DNA of 64,000 nt from Chlorokybus atmophyticus. Lineage: Eukaryota; Plantae; Mesostigma and Chlorokybus algae. The DNA lies in contig RHPI01001010.1 of the NCBI GenBank assembly GCA_009103225.1, forward strand, positions 62,001 to 126,000, read 5' to 3'. The position numbers were made by a program, and so were the translations under genes. Below the pieces are notes generated by a model. The model searched no databases and was not told the DNA's origin. It saw nothing but the letters and a program-made list of their open reading frames with translations. Below are positions 12,960 through 26,473 of the stretch, piece by piece. Each line of letters starts with the position of its first letter. Within the stretch, counting starts at the first letter, position 1.

Positions 12960-14400
12960 CGCTCGGATTGCTTCATATACTAGTACCTTGGCCAAAGGCA
13001 ATTCTGTTACACTTCCGAGCAACGAGCGAGCAACGCGCTTGCAAATTTGACAAGCCATCGGTACATCTCATGGCAATATGGAAGAAAAAGCATCGCAAGT
13101 GTGACGCAAGTAACCCTCGCTGCATACAGCATCAAGCAAACAATCAAAAATCACCAACACTTTGGTGCGGGTGAGAATTGTACGGTAGTATATATAGTAT
13201 ATATATCACATAATAGAGAGTGTTATGGTGATGTATGTTATTATGCTTATGGAAATCGAGTTGTCTCGTTATGGGGTGCTTGGCTCTTTAGTGATAAAAT
13301 TCAGATGTGAAAAGTGTTGCATATTTAGTGCGTGTTTTTGGTTGCTATGCGCTAGTAAGCTCGTGCAAGTAATACCAATGATTAGCGAATAGTAAATATT
13401 ACCGAATCTAATTAAACGTGTGCACGAGGAACACTTTCTGTAGCATGTCGTTTCCCCTTCTGTCGCATCGCGATATGCAGGGGAGAAGACCTTTTCCATG
13501 AAACTCGCGCTGCACACGATAGGACATGTGCAATAATTATCGTGTATGTTAATAAGTGATCTTTATATTTTATGGTGTACAACAAAAATGAATATTACAA
13601 ATATTTTAAATATAACACGTACGATCGTGAGTACAACTGCTTTCAATGTATTCATGTGGGAAGTTTGCATTGAACATATCAGCGTGCAAAAACTAATATG
13701 AGAATAAACAATCTTTTTGCCAATCGCAAATGCTTTGCTTGAATCTAATACGGAACACAATGCTAGTATTATTAAGACATGCATATTGTGCACAAATTTG
13801 TTAATTGTACAATTTGTTGTTTACGATGAATATTATCAATAAGTGTAATTACGTTGTAACATATCATAACATATTGTATTACAATGGGAAAAGAGTACAA
13901 TTTTTTGATGAGTTAATAATTTGCATTGGCATCATTAACCATATACCATATAACATATGCCATATGCATTGGCATAAGCAATCATATATAACATATTATT
14001 TGATATAACAAAAACATATGGTTTAAGACCAAGGTTATATAATAGACATGTGGCTTCATTTGCTTATGCGTAACATCAAGTAATGGTTAACAATATGCCA
14101 TTGCGTTGTATGCATAATTATTATGCGCATGTCAAAATGTTGTGCACACCTTACCAATGTAATGCAATCATCGCACGTATATTTATTTGCAATGGTGTCA
14201 CGGACATGCTGTAAGTTATGTATGTCATCGCAAATAAAGCATCCTCAAGTATTTTGCCTACCATGTGTCACTTATTGATAAGACTGGTGTTTCGTAAGGG
14301 TTCTCAATTGTGTCAGGTGTAATAGAATATGGGTACATTTGTAATAACACTTTTTGATTGTGCAACAATACATTCTTGTTGAACCATCCTCCATCCTCTA
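12960..14400. other. AT-rich island with only broken ORFs, possibly a decayed transposon or foreign insertion
   Basis: Visibly much richer in A/T than the flanking genes, with no splice-consistent gene. A weak Ulp1-protease-like fragment (IYKLEDGGWFNKNVLLHNQKVLLQMYP) lies at 14258-14452 on the - strand. Confidence 0.4.
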
Positions 14401-14870
14401 GCTTATATATACAATCAGATTGTGCGGAGCGGAGCAACGACCAGACCACCACCTACACACGCCTTGCTCGTATGCGTTAATGGTATCTTGCAAATATACA
14501 CGCCAGAAAATGCAATTCATACTACTTGAACAAGAATCCAAACTTTGTGCGAGCATAAGTTGCAAGAGCTTGTGTATTGCCTCAGATCGCCCTAACAAGA
14601 TGGCGCGTTCGAAATGGGATAGGGCTTGCAACTTCTGAAATGCAGCATAATGGCAATGCAATGCAACACGATGTCCACCATTCGTAGTAAACATTGATAC
14701 ATGCCAACACCCGGCCATGCCGCACTTCGCTAGCAACAACAAACCAACAACGCCACATGCGTGCTGGACAGCATTGCTGCGGGATTGGCAATGACTTGCT
14801 CAACTTCTATTGAACTGATTGCCACCCGCTCCGTACAAACCACCACAAAACTTGCCACACGTTCCATACA

Positions 14871-17539
14871 TCACTTGTTTCGCTCTCGCTTCCATTTGTA
14901 TGTTGCTGGCACTCCCTCCTCAGGATCACCAGCAATCTTCCTTTTCCGCCCTTTGCCCTGCAGAACACAAATAAGCACAAAATGAAAACGTCGCCACAAC
15001 ACTAGGGACAGTTAGCCTCTCCAGATACCACCTTTATAACCTTATATATCTTGCGACCCCATTATCGGTAGGGCTAGCTGAACCTCAGATTCGCTTTAAC
15101 AGCATGCTACTGTCCCTGTACAGTTAACCACTTCCAAATCCCATTATAGAACTTTATTTTCCAATATAGCTTTAGCGGGAAATGCCCCCGTTTTTAGTAG
15201 TTTAGCTTTGTGCAGGTAAACTACTAAAATCTGTGCTCTTGATGACCAAAATGCATACGCATGCACATAGACACAAGGATACATTAATGTTGCATCTGAA
15301 CAGGTCAATCACAACACCCACCATCAGCTCTTTTCTCTGAGCCATGTGACCCGCCACTTTGGTCAAGTTGGCCAACCGCTCCTTGCGCTGCTGCAGCTCC
15401 TTATAAGCCGACAATCGCTTGCTGAACGAAATGCAAGAGTAATACAAGAGATTAGAAAGAACACAAGTAGCAACAACAGCCAAAACAGCACCACACACTC
15501 AACCACATGCAACATTATCACAGCCATCAACATCAGCCAACATTTAACTCATCAAGGCTTCAGTTCATACCGTTCTGCTCGCAGAGCGAATTTTTCAGGC
15601 AAGACATCCTCCCGTGATGGTAACAATTCTTCTGTCTCAACAATGCTTGCAGCTGGCGTGTTGGCGAGGTCGGCTTCGCGGGGGCGATTGTGCGCACGAG
15701 AGAGAAACTCGCGTGGGGTCTGGAAGTACTCTGCAGCGTCAAAATCAGCTTCTTCTTCTCTGGCAGATATGAAACGCATGTTATAGCGCATGCAATAGCA
15801 AGCAGGCTTCAGTAAAGGCATGACAGGGATGTGTCGTGGAAAGCGCATGCACGCACACGCATGTTTACATATTGCGAGCAGCGTGACAGTGCATGCAACT
15901 GACTTTGACAAGTGCAGTGTGTGTAAGTCGCTGCAAAAAACAGCAAATTACCCATGATTGACGATGCATGCTGCTACAACGCAAATGTCCCAGTAGTGCT
16001 GTGTACTCTTGTATAATTGTATAATATTCTTGTCAACAATATGAGACTGGTTGAGGGAGTTTCAAGCTTGGTTGTACGAGAACGGGTGACTGACCTGCTG
16101 TCCAGAAAGATGGTATGCTTGTTTGCTGGCTCCAAGCCAATATAATGCAATGCCGCCTGCATCTTCTCAACTTTCTGCCAAGGCAATACAATACCTTGCT
16201 GTGAGTGAAGACAAGAAAGCACTTACGAAGTCTGACACGCATGGACGTTCAATACCAAAAGTAGTAGTAGTAGTAGTAGTAGTGGAGTACTGGCAGTTGA
16301 GTATAGTGCTATAGCAGTGGAATCCTTGATGACTCAGCAACTGTATGAAGTCAGCGTGCGCGTGTGCAGGTGCATCTGCATATGTGCGTGCATATGTGTT
16401 CACATCTCTATGTGCGCATGTGCATGCGTTTCTCTGTGTGCACGCGCGGGCTTAGCCAAAGCAAGCGAAATTCTTATCTTACCATTGCTTCGGCCTGGCG
16501 GTGTGTTGAGACATACTTCAAGTCCTGAGTCTTCATGAGCAGAAGCTCTTCGTGCGTGTATTTGTTGGACTCATCACGCCTGCGTGCAGCAGTTTGTTCC
16601 TGACATCAACATCCACACAAACCTGGCCACATGATACCAACACCATCAACACCATCACAAACACAATCACATACCTGCCAACATGCACGCCGCCTTCTGT
16701 CCTCCCCCTCTCCATAGCAAAATAGAACTCATCGGGATTGCGCGCGGCCGCCTTCTCCCTGAGTTTCTGCACACATGTGATGTGTCACACATTGCAAGAG
16801 GTGATAGTGTGAGTTCAGCAGGTAAGTGATACTATAACAGATGCTCACTACCTTGAGGGGATGTAGCGAAAGACTCATGGCTTACCCGTAAGTGCTCATC
16901 TTTGCGGTGGAAGTCACGCGCACGCAGGACATAGTCCTTGTGCTTTTCGAGCAAGCCATATTTATTGCGTGCCGCCCTGCACGCAAGCATAACATAGTTT
17001 TCAACTGATCGTGACCGCACTGAGTGTGTGCGCGTGCATGTGGGCATATGCGCATGCGCACAACCTTTGTTAGAAGCAGGGGATTATGCATGAGAGATTA
17101 CATGAGAAAGCCACGTGACAACTGCTCCGTGCGGCACAAAACAAAACAATATCTCACTCAATGCTGGCAGTAGCACTGCTGCGCTTTGCACACAACCACG
17201 CAGTAATCCTTACTTGCTCAATTGTTATCAACCATTCATATGCAATAAGCAGGCAGCAAGAAACTTACTGACGCATACAACAACCATGCTTGTCAAATAT
17301 AGCGCAAAGAAAGCGCCTAACAACGAGAGGCACAACTTACTTCTTTGCATAGAATTGCCATTGCAGGAGCAAAGAACGTAGTAACAACCAGTATCAAACA
17401 TCAGACACAAAGAAGCTGTGAAAACGCTGTAACAAACCATCACAACAATCAAAGTGAGCAGTCTGCATGCATGCTGGACTTACGGTTGCGAGCGCTCCTT
17501 ATGTGTGCGCCTCTTAACGGCATTCCTCAGCGAAGCCAT
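14871..17539 (-). CDS. UTP11: U3 snoRNA-associated protein 11 (SSU processome), 8 exons
   Basis: MASLRNAVKRRTHKERSQP / AARNKYGLLEKHKDYVLRARDFHRKDEHLR / KLREKAAARNPDEFYFAM / YTHEELLLMKTQDLKYV / ... / GKGRKRKI...YKWKRERNK*. All introns GT-AG. Confidence 0.96.
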
Positions 17540-17619
17540 GGCGGCGCTGGATTCGCTTTACCCAGCCTGTTGCTACCAATCTAGGAGCAGCTTTTTAGCA
17601 ACCAGCCTTCCTCAATAGA

Positions 17620-17860
17620 AGTCCGCCTGACTGGCCTGGTCTGGCCTTAATGTCGGCCTGGCCTGGAGTAAACCAGGCTGGAGTAAACTAGGCTGGCGTA
17701 GAGTGGGTAGAGCAGGCCTGGCCTGGTGGTGGCAATCTGATTTAGCCTGGTCTGCGGTCCGACGGCGTAGTCGACAGCTAGCTGTGGGATGAAAATAAAG
17801 TTGTTCCACCACGCCTGTGGCGCCAGGCCTGGAGGCGGCGGCGGCGGTGGCGGTGTTAAG
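17620..17860. promoter_or_regulatory. GGCC/CCWGG/CTAG-rich promoter-like block upstream of UTP11 with a 15-bp tandem repeat
   Basis: ctggagtaaaccagg / ctggagtaaactagg at 17663-17692, many ggcctgg words, and a (GGC)n run at ~17834-17853. Confidence 0.45.
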
Positions 17861-18867
17861 AAACTGGAAGATTGGACTGCCTATAGTGCTGCAATCTAAC
17901 AATGTGTATAAGTATAGCCTCTCAACTTCAGACCACATCGAACATTAGCTAATGCAGGTGTGCTTCACAAATTGAGAATCACAATGCCTACCTTCACAAT
18001 GGCCTTGTGTACAAAGGCTTCGTCAACTCGACTCTACTTGGAGATCCGCCTTGTTGCAAAAGATAAGTGGGAGAGTGTAGTGCTACAAGATTCTACAAAA
18101 AAAACTATGAACGAAGTAATTTTTATATGATGTTTTAAACGCAGTGATAATTCATAAATAGACTGCATATAAGTGATCATATATCTTACAGCTCGTAAGG
18201 GCCCGCTTGGAAATTGTTTTTAATAGAACATTTCATGACATAATGCACAATATTGGTTACCGTAATTTTTAAAATGAATCATTATCCATTAACATTTACT
18301 TTATCAATCTGCTGAAACTGAATGCGCCTGAGACGATGAATAACGACCAATGTTGAGTTTAAAGTGGCGCGCAAATTGTCCATCTTATGAATAACATTTG
18401 CGTCTATAGCTGTATTGCGCGCACTTTTTGTATTGATTATGCATATTGCACAACAAAACTAAGGCATACTATCTCAAGGTAGTGCAAACACCAACAAAAT
18501 AAACGAATTACTAAACGACCACACAAATGCATGCAGCAATGCGAGAATATGGCAAGAGCTTGCTTGGTTGATATGTCTAGTCATGCAGCTTGGTGGATTG
18601 CTTGTGCCCCTTCTATGCTAGCCTACCATTACTGTGCAATTTTCTCCCGCATGACTTGTGTACGTGACAGTGTGGTTTTCACCTTGCCCAAGGAGTAGCA
18701 CACTCTTCAGCGTGACATGTACAGTCATTCACCATAATACGCCTACATGTCAGCAAACGAACATTACATTGACCTTCAGCAATTGCGAACTCGCAGTTAC
18801 GCTATGTACATTATTGATTACGCCACCACACAATCCACCTGTACCACCAATCACAAAAGTCCACACA

Positions 18868-21800
18868 CTACACACCATTCAGAAAAAGCGCTAGCAGCGG
18901 AGGACCCAAAGCAATGGCCAAAAGCACTGTCCCTGCCAGGAGGATCAATGTTGCCAGCTGGCGTCGCCGGCTGTTACGCATGCTTGGGAAAGCTATCAAT
19001 AGCAGGTTGGTGGTTACCGCCTGACCATCTAAAAAGAAGACCTGCATGGAATAGCCCATGTGACGCTACGGTTATCCAATACCGACATGTCACAGGCAAA
19101 GCAAATACGTATACCAACATGGTGATCTTACCGGAAGTATGTTGAGCAGCGCTAGTGAAAGGGACGCGTGGAAGGAGAGGGTGAGTGCGACATCAAGCAG
19201 CAGTGGCAGCTTCAGCAAGTGAGCTCTCAGGAATCGCACGCGAGGCGCGTACTCTGTGAGCGATAAGGACCTCGCGAGCTCGCGCGGGGAAGCCAAAACT
19301 GTTATGGTACTCTCTGTCACCCCTGTGGTTGAAAAGTGTGTTGAAGCTACTGTGTAACATGACTGCCAAAAACGATATCTGCATCGAGCTGCAGGCGCGC
19401 AAGCATATGTGTCTACCTTACCAGAGTTGACGGTATTGTCAGTTGCAGCATTCTCTCGCACGTAACTCAGCTGAGACAGCATCATGCCAGCTGGCAGGTG
19501 CGGTAGCGCGCACGTCAAGCCCGGCTTGCATTGCACAGCATTGCTGCTGTCCAGCGATGCGCAGCGCAATTCTGATGCCACTGCTTTGGCTCTCAGACAA
19601 ACCTCCTGCAGCGGTGACACAAATAACTTCACACGGCTCACATTCAAACCTTGCACACGCACACGGACACGCGCGCGCACACACACTCGTACACACATGT
19701 GTGTGCCTGTGGGCGCGCGTGTGTGCGCATATGTGTGCATGCACTGATTGGCAGGTGTAAGATAGGTGCAAAACACCTGCCAATGCACTGTGCAACACAG
19801 CGCCACTGATCTGTGCACTACCTGAGTCAGCCTTCAATGAAACTGAGGTAACGTGTGCTCACCTTATCTGCCACCCAAAATTGCATGAAGTCTCCTCCGC
19901 AGATGTTACTCTCATTGCGAGCATGTGCCACGGATGGCGGCACGCAATAACCGCATGGAGGTGGGGGCCTCCAGCTGTCTTCCAACAACAACAGAGGCAC
20001 ACTTCATGAGCAAAAGAACGGACAGCATGCCCGTACTAGTCACGCTGCAGATGGACACAATATGCACTCATGATTTCCTACACTTTTGATGAACCAGAAG
20101 GCACGCATTCACGCACACGCACACTGCTCTTGCTAAAACAAAGTGTATACCGAATACCTGGTGTTGGGTTGGGTGAAACACACTGCAGGCGCTTCTGCAA
20201 GCATGTCGTCCAGTCCTTGACCGTATTGATGGGGCAGTCATCCACACTCAACAGGACGTCCATTAGCTGCATGTGGCCATGGAAAGGGGCATCCTTCGCG
20301 ACGTTCAGCACCATGACACCTGAATCTGCAAACACAACACGTGCTACCTGATCTATGTCGCGCATGAAACAACGAGTTCACATCTCAACAAGTTGGCGAT
20401 TTCGAAGACTTCAGGGGACGCGCTCACTTACTTCTCACTACTGCGTTATCCCACACTACTTAGAGTTCATACAAAGAACAACAACAAACAAGGACGCAGT
20501 TTGTTGCGGCTGCAAGCATGCGAGAGCGCACACGCGCACGCGCACGCACACACACACACATAGGCGATGCCTATCAGCTGCATGTTTGCTCTATACCTAT
20601 ATGAAACAGCGGTTTCAGTGCCCACGGCAGGCCCTGCATTCCTGCCCAGCTGCCCGCTGCCATGAAGGCGTTGTGCCACGCGCCGGCGCAGTACACGCGG
20701 AGTGCGCGCGCGGGCGGCAGCAGAGACAGCGCGTCGGCGTCCAGCACCACGCTCGCGCCGGGAAGGAGCAGCGCCACGAAGAGGGAGACGCGCAGAGTGC
20801 GCACGCCCTCGCTGTGAGCATGAAGGCAAAAGTGTTGCGTAGTCAACACCTTGTTTCACATGCAACAGACACATGCATGAGCGGTCATCTGAGTTCTGTA
20901 CCTAACTGATTACATCAAAAGTGGATGCTGTGTGCACACACCATGCATGAATGAACAACGTGCTCTACAGCCAGACAACTCTCATCCCCCTGATGGTGGA
21001 GACATGCACGCTACAGCCAGACAATCCTCATCAACTCACCATCAAGCTCACACACGACAAAGCAAAGGTGAGAGGTAGAGCACTGTCAAGCAATAACCAC
21101 TACAGTGCACCTACGAGTAAGCGAGTCATCAATGCACGGCTTACCTTGCTGCGGCGAGCGCGTGGCCGAGCTCATGGAAAGCCACGCCCCCAACAACGAT
21201 AACCAACAGCAGCACGGCTTGCTGCCACCGCGCGTCAACTGCTGCTACCTGCAGTATGGCCGTTGCCAACATGTGTTGTACAACAACAGCGCCAGACGTC
21301 TTCAAAGTCACACACAACAAGTGCGTTGAAGTCAAGCATGCATGCATGTGTCTGATGCAATAAACTTGCATCGCAGCAATTGCACACGCACGCAGGCACG
21401 CACAGGGTCGGTAGCTGCTTCGTGCCATGCTGAGGCTAAGCTCAGGCACTCTGGAAAAACGAACGACGCAAGCATGTGTACAATTAATCAAGGGGACGTG
21501 CTGAAGCTCACCACAGGCACAAGGAACCTTTCTGTCTCGGCTGGTGTGAGCAGCGACACCGCAGCATCGTGCAAAAGCAGCGGGATGGCCAACAGCAGAA
21601 GGACTATTGAAACCAAGACGCCAAGAGCAAACCATTTGCGCAGAAACCTGGCAAGGCACAGACACCGTGTCTAAACCTAAGTTTGTTGGTATGAATAAAT
21701 GCAACCGACAATGGTACAACACGCATGTTACTCAGCACAAATGAACCATCCACTTGCCTGCGATGTCTTCTGCCAAAGTTGTATACAGCTGAGGTGAAGG

Positions 21801-22601
21801 CGGATGTTTGAACACTAAGCAGCCTGTCATCATATAACATGTTTGTCACGAACCAACTGAGTGCGCAGAGTGCAATCAGACAGCTTGCACTGAATATTAC
21901 TATTCTGATACGAACGTCTTACCCAAAGGACACCTCTACATGTGTCACGCTGTGCTGCTCGCGCCATTGCTGCAAACAGAAGAACATATGCAGAGACTGT
22001 GCCGCGCGTCTTGACATGTATGTTGTTTATGTCACTCATAGGACACGTCTTGACATGGTTTCTATTTCAGTGATGGCATTGCATGGCACAGCTCCTCAGT
22101 CCCCACCCGCTCCCCCTCCTTAGCTTGGCAATGCAGTCACAAGTGCTGGAACACTCATGCACACTGTTTTGGGGTGCATTGCCTCGACATGATGTCGTAC
22201 GTGCAAGCGCACCTTTGCGCTTAAACCAATAGTCTTGGTTCAATCATCAGACAACAGACAGCTTGCAAACTGAACCCCAGGCCTCTATACTGCAACACAG
22301 GAGACCACTGCTGCTGGTATGTGGTTGTGTGTGTCAGATCAACAAGCGTTCTTCCTGCTTGACATCTTGCATGCATGCGTATACACAGTTGGTAGCAAGC
22401 AATTCTGAGTCGTTAAATTCAGCATGCAAGCTGCCTTGCATGGTTACAATACAGACATACGCACATTGGACCAAAAACAAGATAGGAGACAAGCAAAGTT
22501 GTTCTTGCTCCCACCTTGCACCAGCGGCAGTTCCACACTGCGTACGCCGCCGTCCAGGCCACAACCAAGCCTGCGCCCAACCCAAAGACTCTCGCGACCA
22601 T
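18868..22601 (-). CDS. MBTPS2: Site-2 protease (peptidase M50A, MBTPS2/S2P) with PDZ and Cys-rich inserts
   Basis: HELGH zinc motif in a TM segment, then PGASVVLD..LLPPARALRVYCAGAWHN (human, recalled: PGAFVDL..QQLRIFCAGIWHN), a PDZ-like GVMVLNVAKDAPFHGH..DVLLSVDDCPI, and a C-terminal LALLNILPVFFLDGQ (NxxPxxxLDG motif). One GC-AG intron (donor at 21757). Confidence 0.93.
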
Positions 22602-22722
22602 GCCCACAGCTACGTGCACAGCGACACCGCCTCCGCCAACGCTCCGCCTAGACGACAACTAGCCAGCAGGCAGCACGTTTGTGTTGGTGTGGTGGTGGTG
22701 GTGGTTGGAAAGGGCGGCGGCG

Positions 22723-25700
22723 ATGTCGCTGGAGGCCGGGGCAACGGAGTCACTGGTGCGAGGCTGGTGGGAGGCCAGCGTGGTGCCGGCGCTGCAGGAA
22801 TTCATCGCCATCCCCAACCAGTCGCCCTTCTTTGACAAGGAGTGGGCCAATAACGGCCACCAAGACAAGGTGTGCTCTGTGCTTGTCTGCATTTCACACA
22901 CAGTAACTTGACTTGATCCTGATCACAGTTTCAACGGCTGACAGCTCGGGCATTGCATGGCAAGTTTCATTTGTAAGTCTTGTCTGAGCTGAACGGGTGC
23001 GTGATTGAGCAAGTATGCTTCATATTACCAATATCAGCGTTGTATCTCCACGTTTGCGAGCAGTGCAGCTTGTTGTACTACTGGTGGCAGATTGAAGCAA
23101 CCAGTTACGCCTAAGCTGGACAATTGATCAAAGCGTGGCTGCGAGCTGGTAACAAAACAATTCCTGTTGGTAGAATAGCACATGTGAGTCACTAGCGCAA
23201 AGATTGGCTGTACACGCAGCCCATGGGACAAGCATGGCTGTTGAATCTAGACGTACTGTGACAGCATGTTAGCGTGTTGATGTTACTCATAGTGCAAAGC
23301 ACATGCTCGCTGCACCACCTGGCTGTACACGCCAAAGCTGCTTGAAGCCCCTGCTACTGCAGTGCATGCTTATGTCGAGTGGTTGTTGTGTCAACGTGTT
23401 TGCAAACAGTGTTATTTGATTAGGTGGTGGACCTTTTCGTATCCTGGGCGAAGACCAATGCTCCATTTGCACAAGTTGATGTGGTGCGCGCTGAAGGCAG
23501 AACGCCAGTGATATTTCTGGAAGTGCCAGCTAGCAGCGGGTCTGCTAATAGCAACGGTCATGCCGGCAGCAACTCCAACTACACAGTGTTGATGTACGGC
23601 CATGCCGACAAACAGCCACCTCTGCTGCCGTGGGCTGAGGGCTTGGGCCCGTGGACACCTGTCATTAAGGATGGCAAACTCTACGGCAGAGGCGGCGCTG
23701 ATGACGGGTACAGTTTGAGTGCGTGCATGTGTAACCGTGAGCGTGCAAGTGTGTAGGTGCGTGGGTGTGAGCGTGCACACGTATGTGAATGTACGTGCAT
23801 ATGTGTGCACGTGTGCAGGGGTACGCACGCGCATGCATATGTGCGCTGCACCAAGTGTGTACATATGTCATCACAACATAAGCTCAGCGAACGTACATCC
23901 TTGTCAGTTGGTGTTTTGAAACATCAGGACTACGGCACTGGGATAGCATCTGCAACGTACTACAGCCGCTTGCGCAATCAAGATCATTGTTATGTCAATA
24001 AAGCCCACTCTGGCTGTCAGGTACGCTATGTTTGCGGCGCTGACAGCCATTAAAGCCCTCAAGGAGCAAGGCGTGGGGCACCCGCGCATTGTCATATTGA
24101 TCGAGTTCTGTGAGGAGAGCGGCTCACCTGATCTGCCCTTCTACGTGGACATGTTGTCCGAGCGCATCGGTACATGCACTTTCACATCATCACAACATTG
24201 GCCTTGCTGCAAGCTGCCCTGTCCAGATAGACAGCAACGAACAACAAAGTCAGGTGATGCTTGCTGTGTGCAGGTGATGTGCGCTTTGTGGTCTGCCTTG
24301 ATAGCGGCGCCGGTAACTACGAGCAGCTGTGGGTTACCACCTCCTTACGCGGCATTGCAGCTGGCAACCTCAAAGTGCAGGTCTGGCATGGGTGCTTTGC
24401 ACAGAGGGGTTTCCGACCAATGCTATTGAGTTGCGGTAGTGCAAATTGCACGTAGGCAACAAAAGCTGCTTACGACTCTACATGTTTCTTGGGCTTTTTT
24501 TTAGTGTATGTGTGTCTGTGCGCGTGCATGCGCGTATGTGCACACATACGCGCACCAACACGTGCAAGTGTGTGTAACAACACACTTCTGTGTGCAGATA
24601 CTGAAAGAGGGTGTGCACTCGGGGCTTGCTAGCGGCATCGTGCCCTCATCCTTTGCCATCGTGCGCCAACTGCTGGACCGTCTCGATGACAGCACAACAT
24701 CATATGTGAGTTTGTCATCACCCAAGAGCAAATTCTGAAGTCATTAAGTATCTTGTTTTGAGTTGCATATACGCAATCAGGTGACAGAGGAAGCAGCGAA
24801 GTTCTTGACATGCGGAATCCCTCCACAAAGACTATCACAGGCGAAAGGCGCGGCTGAAGAGCTGGGTGAAAAGGTGCTGTCAAGTATTGCAATGCAACAG
24901 ACATACGAACCGTACAAATAGTGCAGACTTTGTTCTGAGATTTGATCTGTTGGCAGGTGTATATTCATTTCCTTGGGTTGAAGGCGCCCACCCGCTCAGT
25001 TCACTCAGCCCTGAGGAGCTGCTGTTGCGTCGAACATGGAAGCCAGCAGTGTCCATCACAGGTTCGTGTTCATGAGCCATGCTTATATCATCAACCTCAT
25101 TCACTAGCATGCCAATCAATCCCTGTGTGGTAACTTGTTCAGGCGCGGAAGGTTTTCCTACTTTGGGGTCTGCTGGCAACGTGCTGCGGCCCTACTCGGC
25201 ATTCAAGTTGTCGGTCCGGTTGCCACCCGCAATCGATGGTGAGACAGCCACCAAAGGACTGAAAGCTTTGTTGGAAAGGGACCCTCCATACGGTGCCAAG
25301 GTTGGATTTTCTTCAAGAGGTTGATTTGTAGCTCATCTTTGCGCTTTCCATGCATCGCATGGCTCACAACTTGTTCTTTTTCAGGTTGAGTTTGAGGCAG
25401 AGAAGGCAGCAAGCGGGTGGGACGCACCACCGCTGGAGGCGTGGCTGGAACAAAGCACCGAGCAAGCGTCCCAGATGTTTTATGCAAAGCCCGCGCGTTA
25501 TATTGGAGAAGGAGGCTCGATACCATTCATGGGAATGCTTGGTGCCAAGTATCCCAAAGCGCAGGTATGTGGAGAATACTTTTGCACTTGGGCAACATCA
25601 TGTTTATGAACAATCGCTTATGCTTCTGGTTTTTCGTCAATCTATGTTTGCTGTGCAGTTCCTTGTCACTGGCGTGCTCGGCCCCAACTCCAATGCGCAC

Positions 25701-25799
25701 GGGCCCAACGAGTTCATCCACTTGGACTTTGCGATGCGCTTGACGTGTTGCGTGGCGCACATTGTTGCTGACTACCATCAGCACGTGTCAAGCAAGTGA
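22723..25799 (+). CDS. Peptidase M20 family dipeptidase-like metallopeptidase, ~10 exons
   Basis: LQEFIAIPNQSPFFD, VLMYGHADKQPP, GKLYGRGGADDGY, IEFCEESGSPDL, CLDSGAGNY, TTSLRG, GVHSGLASGIVPSSF, EGGSIPFMGMLG and GVLGPNSNAHGPNEF. The M20 metal ligands (H, D, EE, D, H) are intact. Confidence 0.94.
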
Positions 25800-26356
25800 C
25801 CGGTCTTGGGTAAATGTGCACCATACCAAACATATAATAGTCTCAATTTGCTCAGTCGCTCGGTTCGAGTAGTCTGATTTGCAATGGCATTACTTGTACA
25901 GTTTGCAGTTGTAATGTCCAACAGTTGTAATGGCTGGCAGCCAGCTCTCTTTTGCGAAGCCGCTGTCGTGTTGCCGGTGTTATTCCTTCTTGCTAGCATA
26001 GGTTTTGTATCTGTATCTATAATGGTATATTAGTGTGCAATTCCCGTGGTGCAACGCGGCTCCGCATAACAATCTATACATGTCCCGCGCTGCGCAAGTA
26101 GCTGAGCTGCCCTACTGTCGCTACTGCCTCTTGGCGTCCTTGTGGCTGCTGAACGCACATAGAATCCAGCCCCCCCTGTAGTTTTTGGTTTTTTGGCTAG
26201 GCTTGCTGTCTTTGGCTTGGTGCTAGCTTACCTTTGTGCCATGCCATGCCATGCCCATGCTCTGCTATGCTGTGCTGTGATGCTTGTTTGCTACTTGGCC
26301 CCGTTGCTATACCATACACATGACGGCAATTTTTCTTGCGCACGAACGGCTGCGAT

Positions 26357-26473
26357 GTTCCAAAGCTTTTTGCAGCCATCGGGTGGCCATTGATATGCTG
26401 CACAATGCGTATCATTGTTCCAAGGCTGTGTGTCAATGTTTCAAGGCTGTTTGCAGCCATCGGGTGGCCATTG
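26357..26473. repeat. Short direct repeat, 2 x ~37 bp, ~80-bp period
   Basis: tgtt(c/t)caa(a/g)gct(t/g)tttgcagccatcgggtggccattg occurs twice. Confidence 0.6.

Noticed and set aside
17980-18130. KWESVVLQDSTKKTMNEVI resembling the segment before an AAA ATPase Walker A
   Set aside because: No Walker A/B follows, and the frame stops at once in AT-rich DNA.
20574-20849. VLDADAL motif suggesting NAD(P)HX dehydratase (CARKD)
   Set aside because: In context it lies between HELGH and RVYCAGAWHN of the site-2 protease, and no other CARKD motifs are present.
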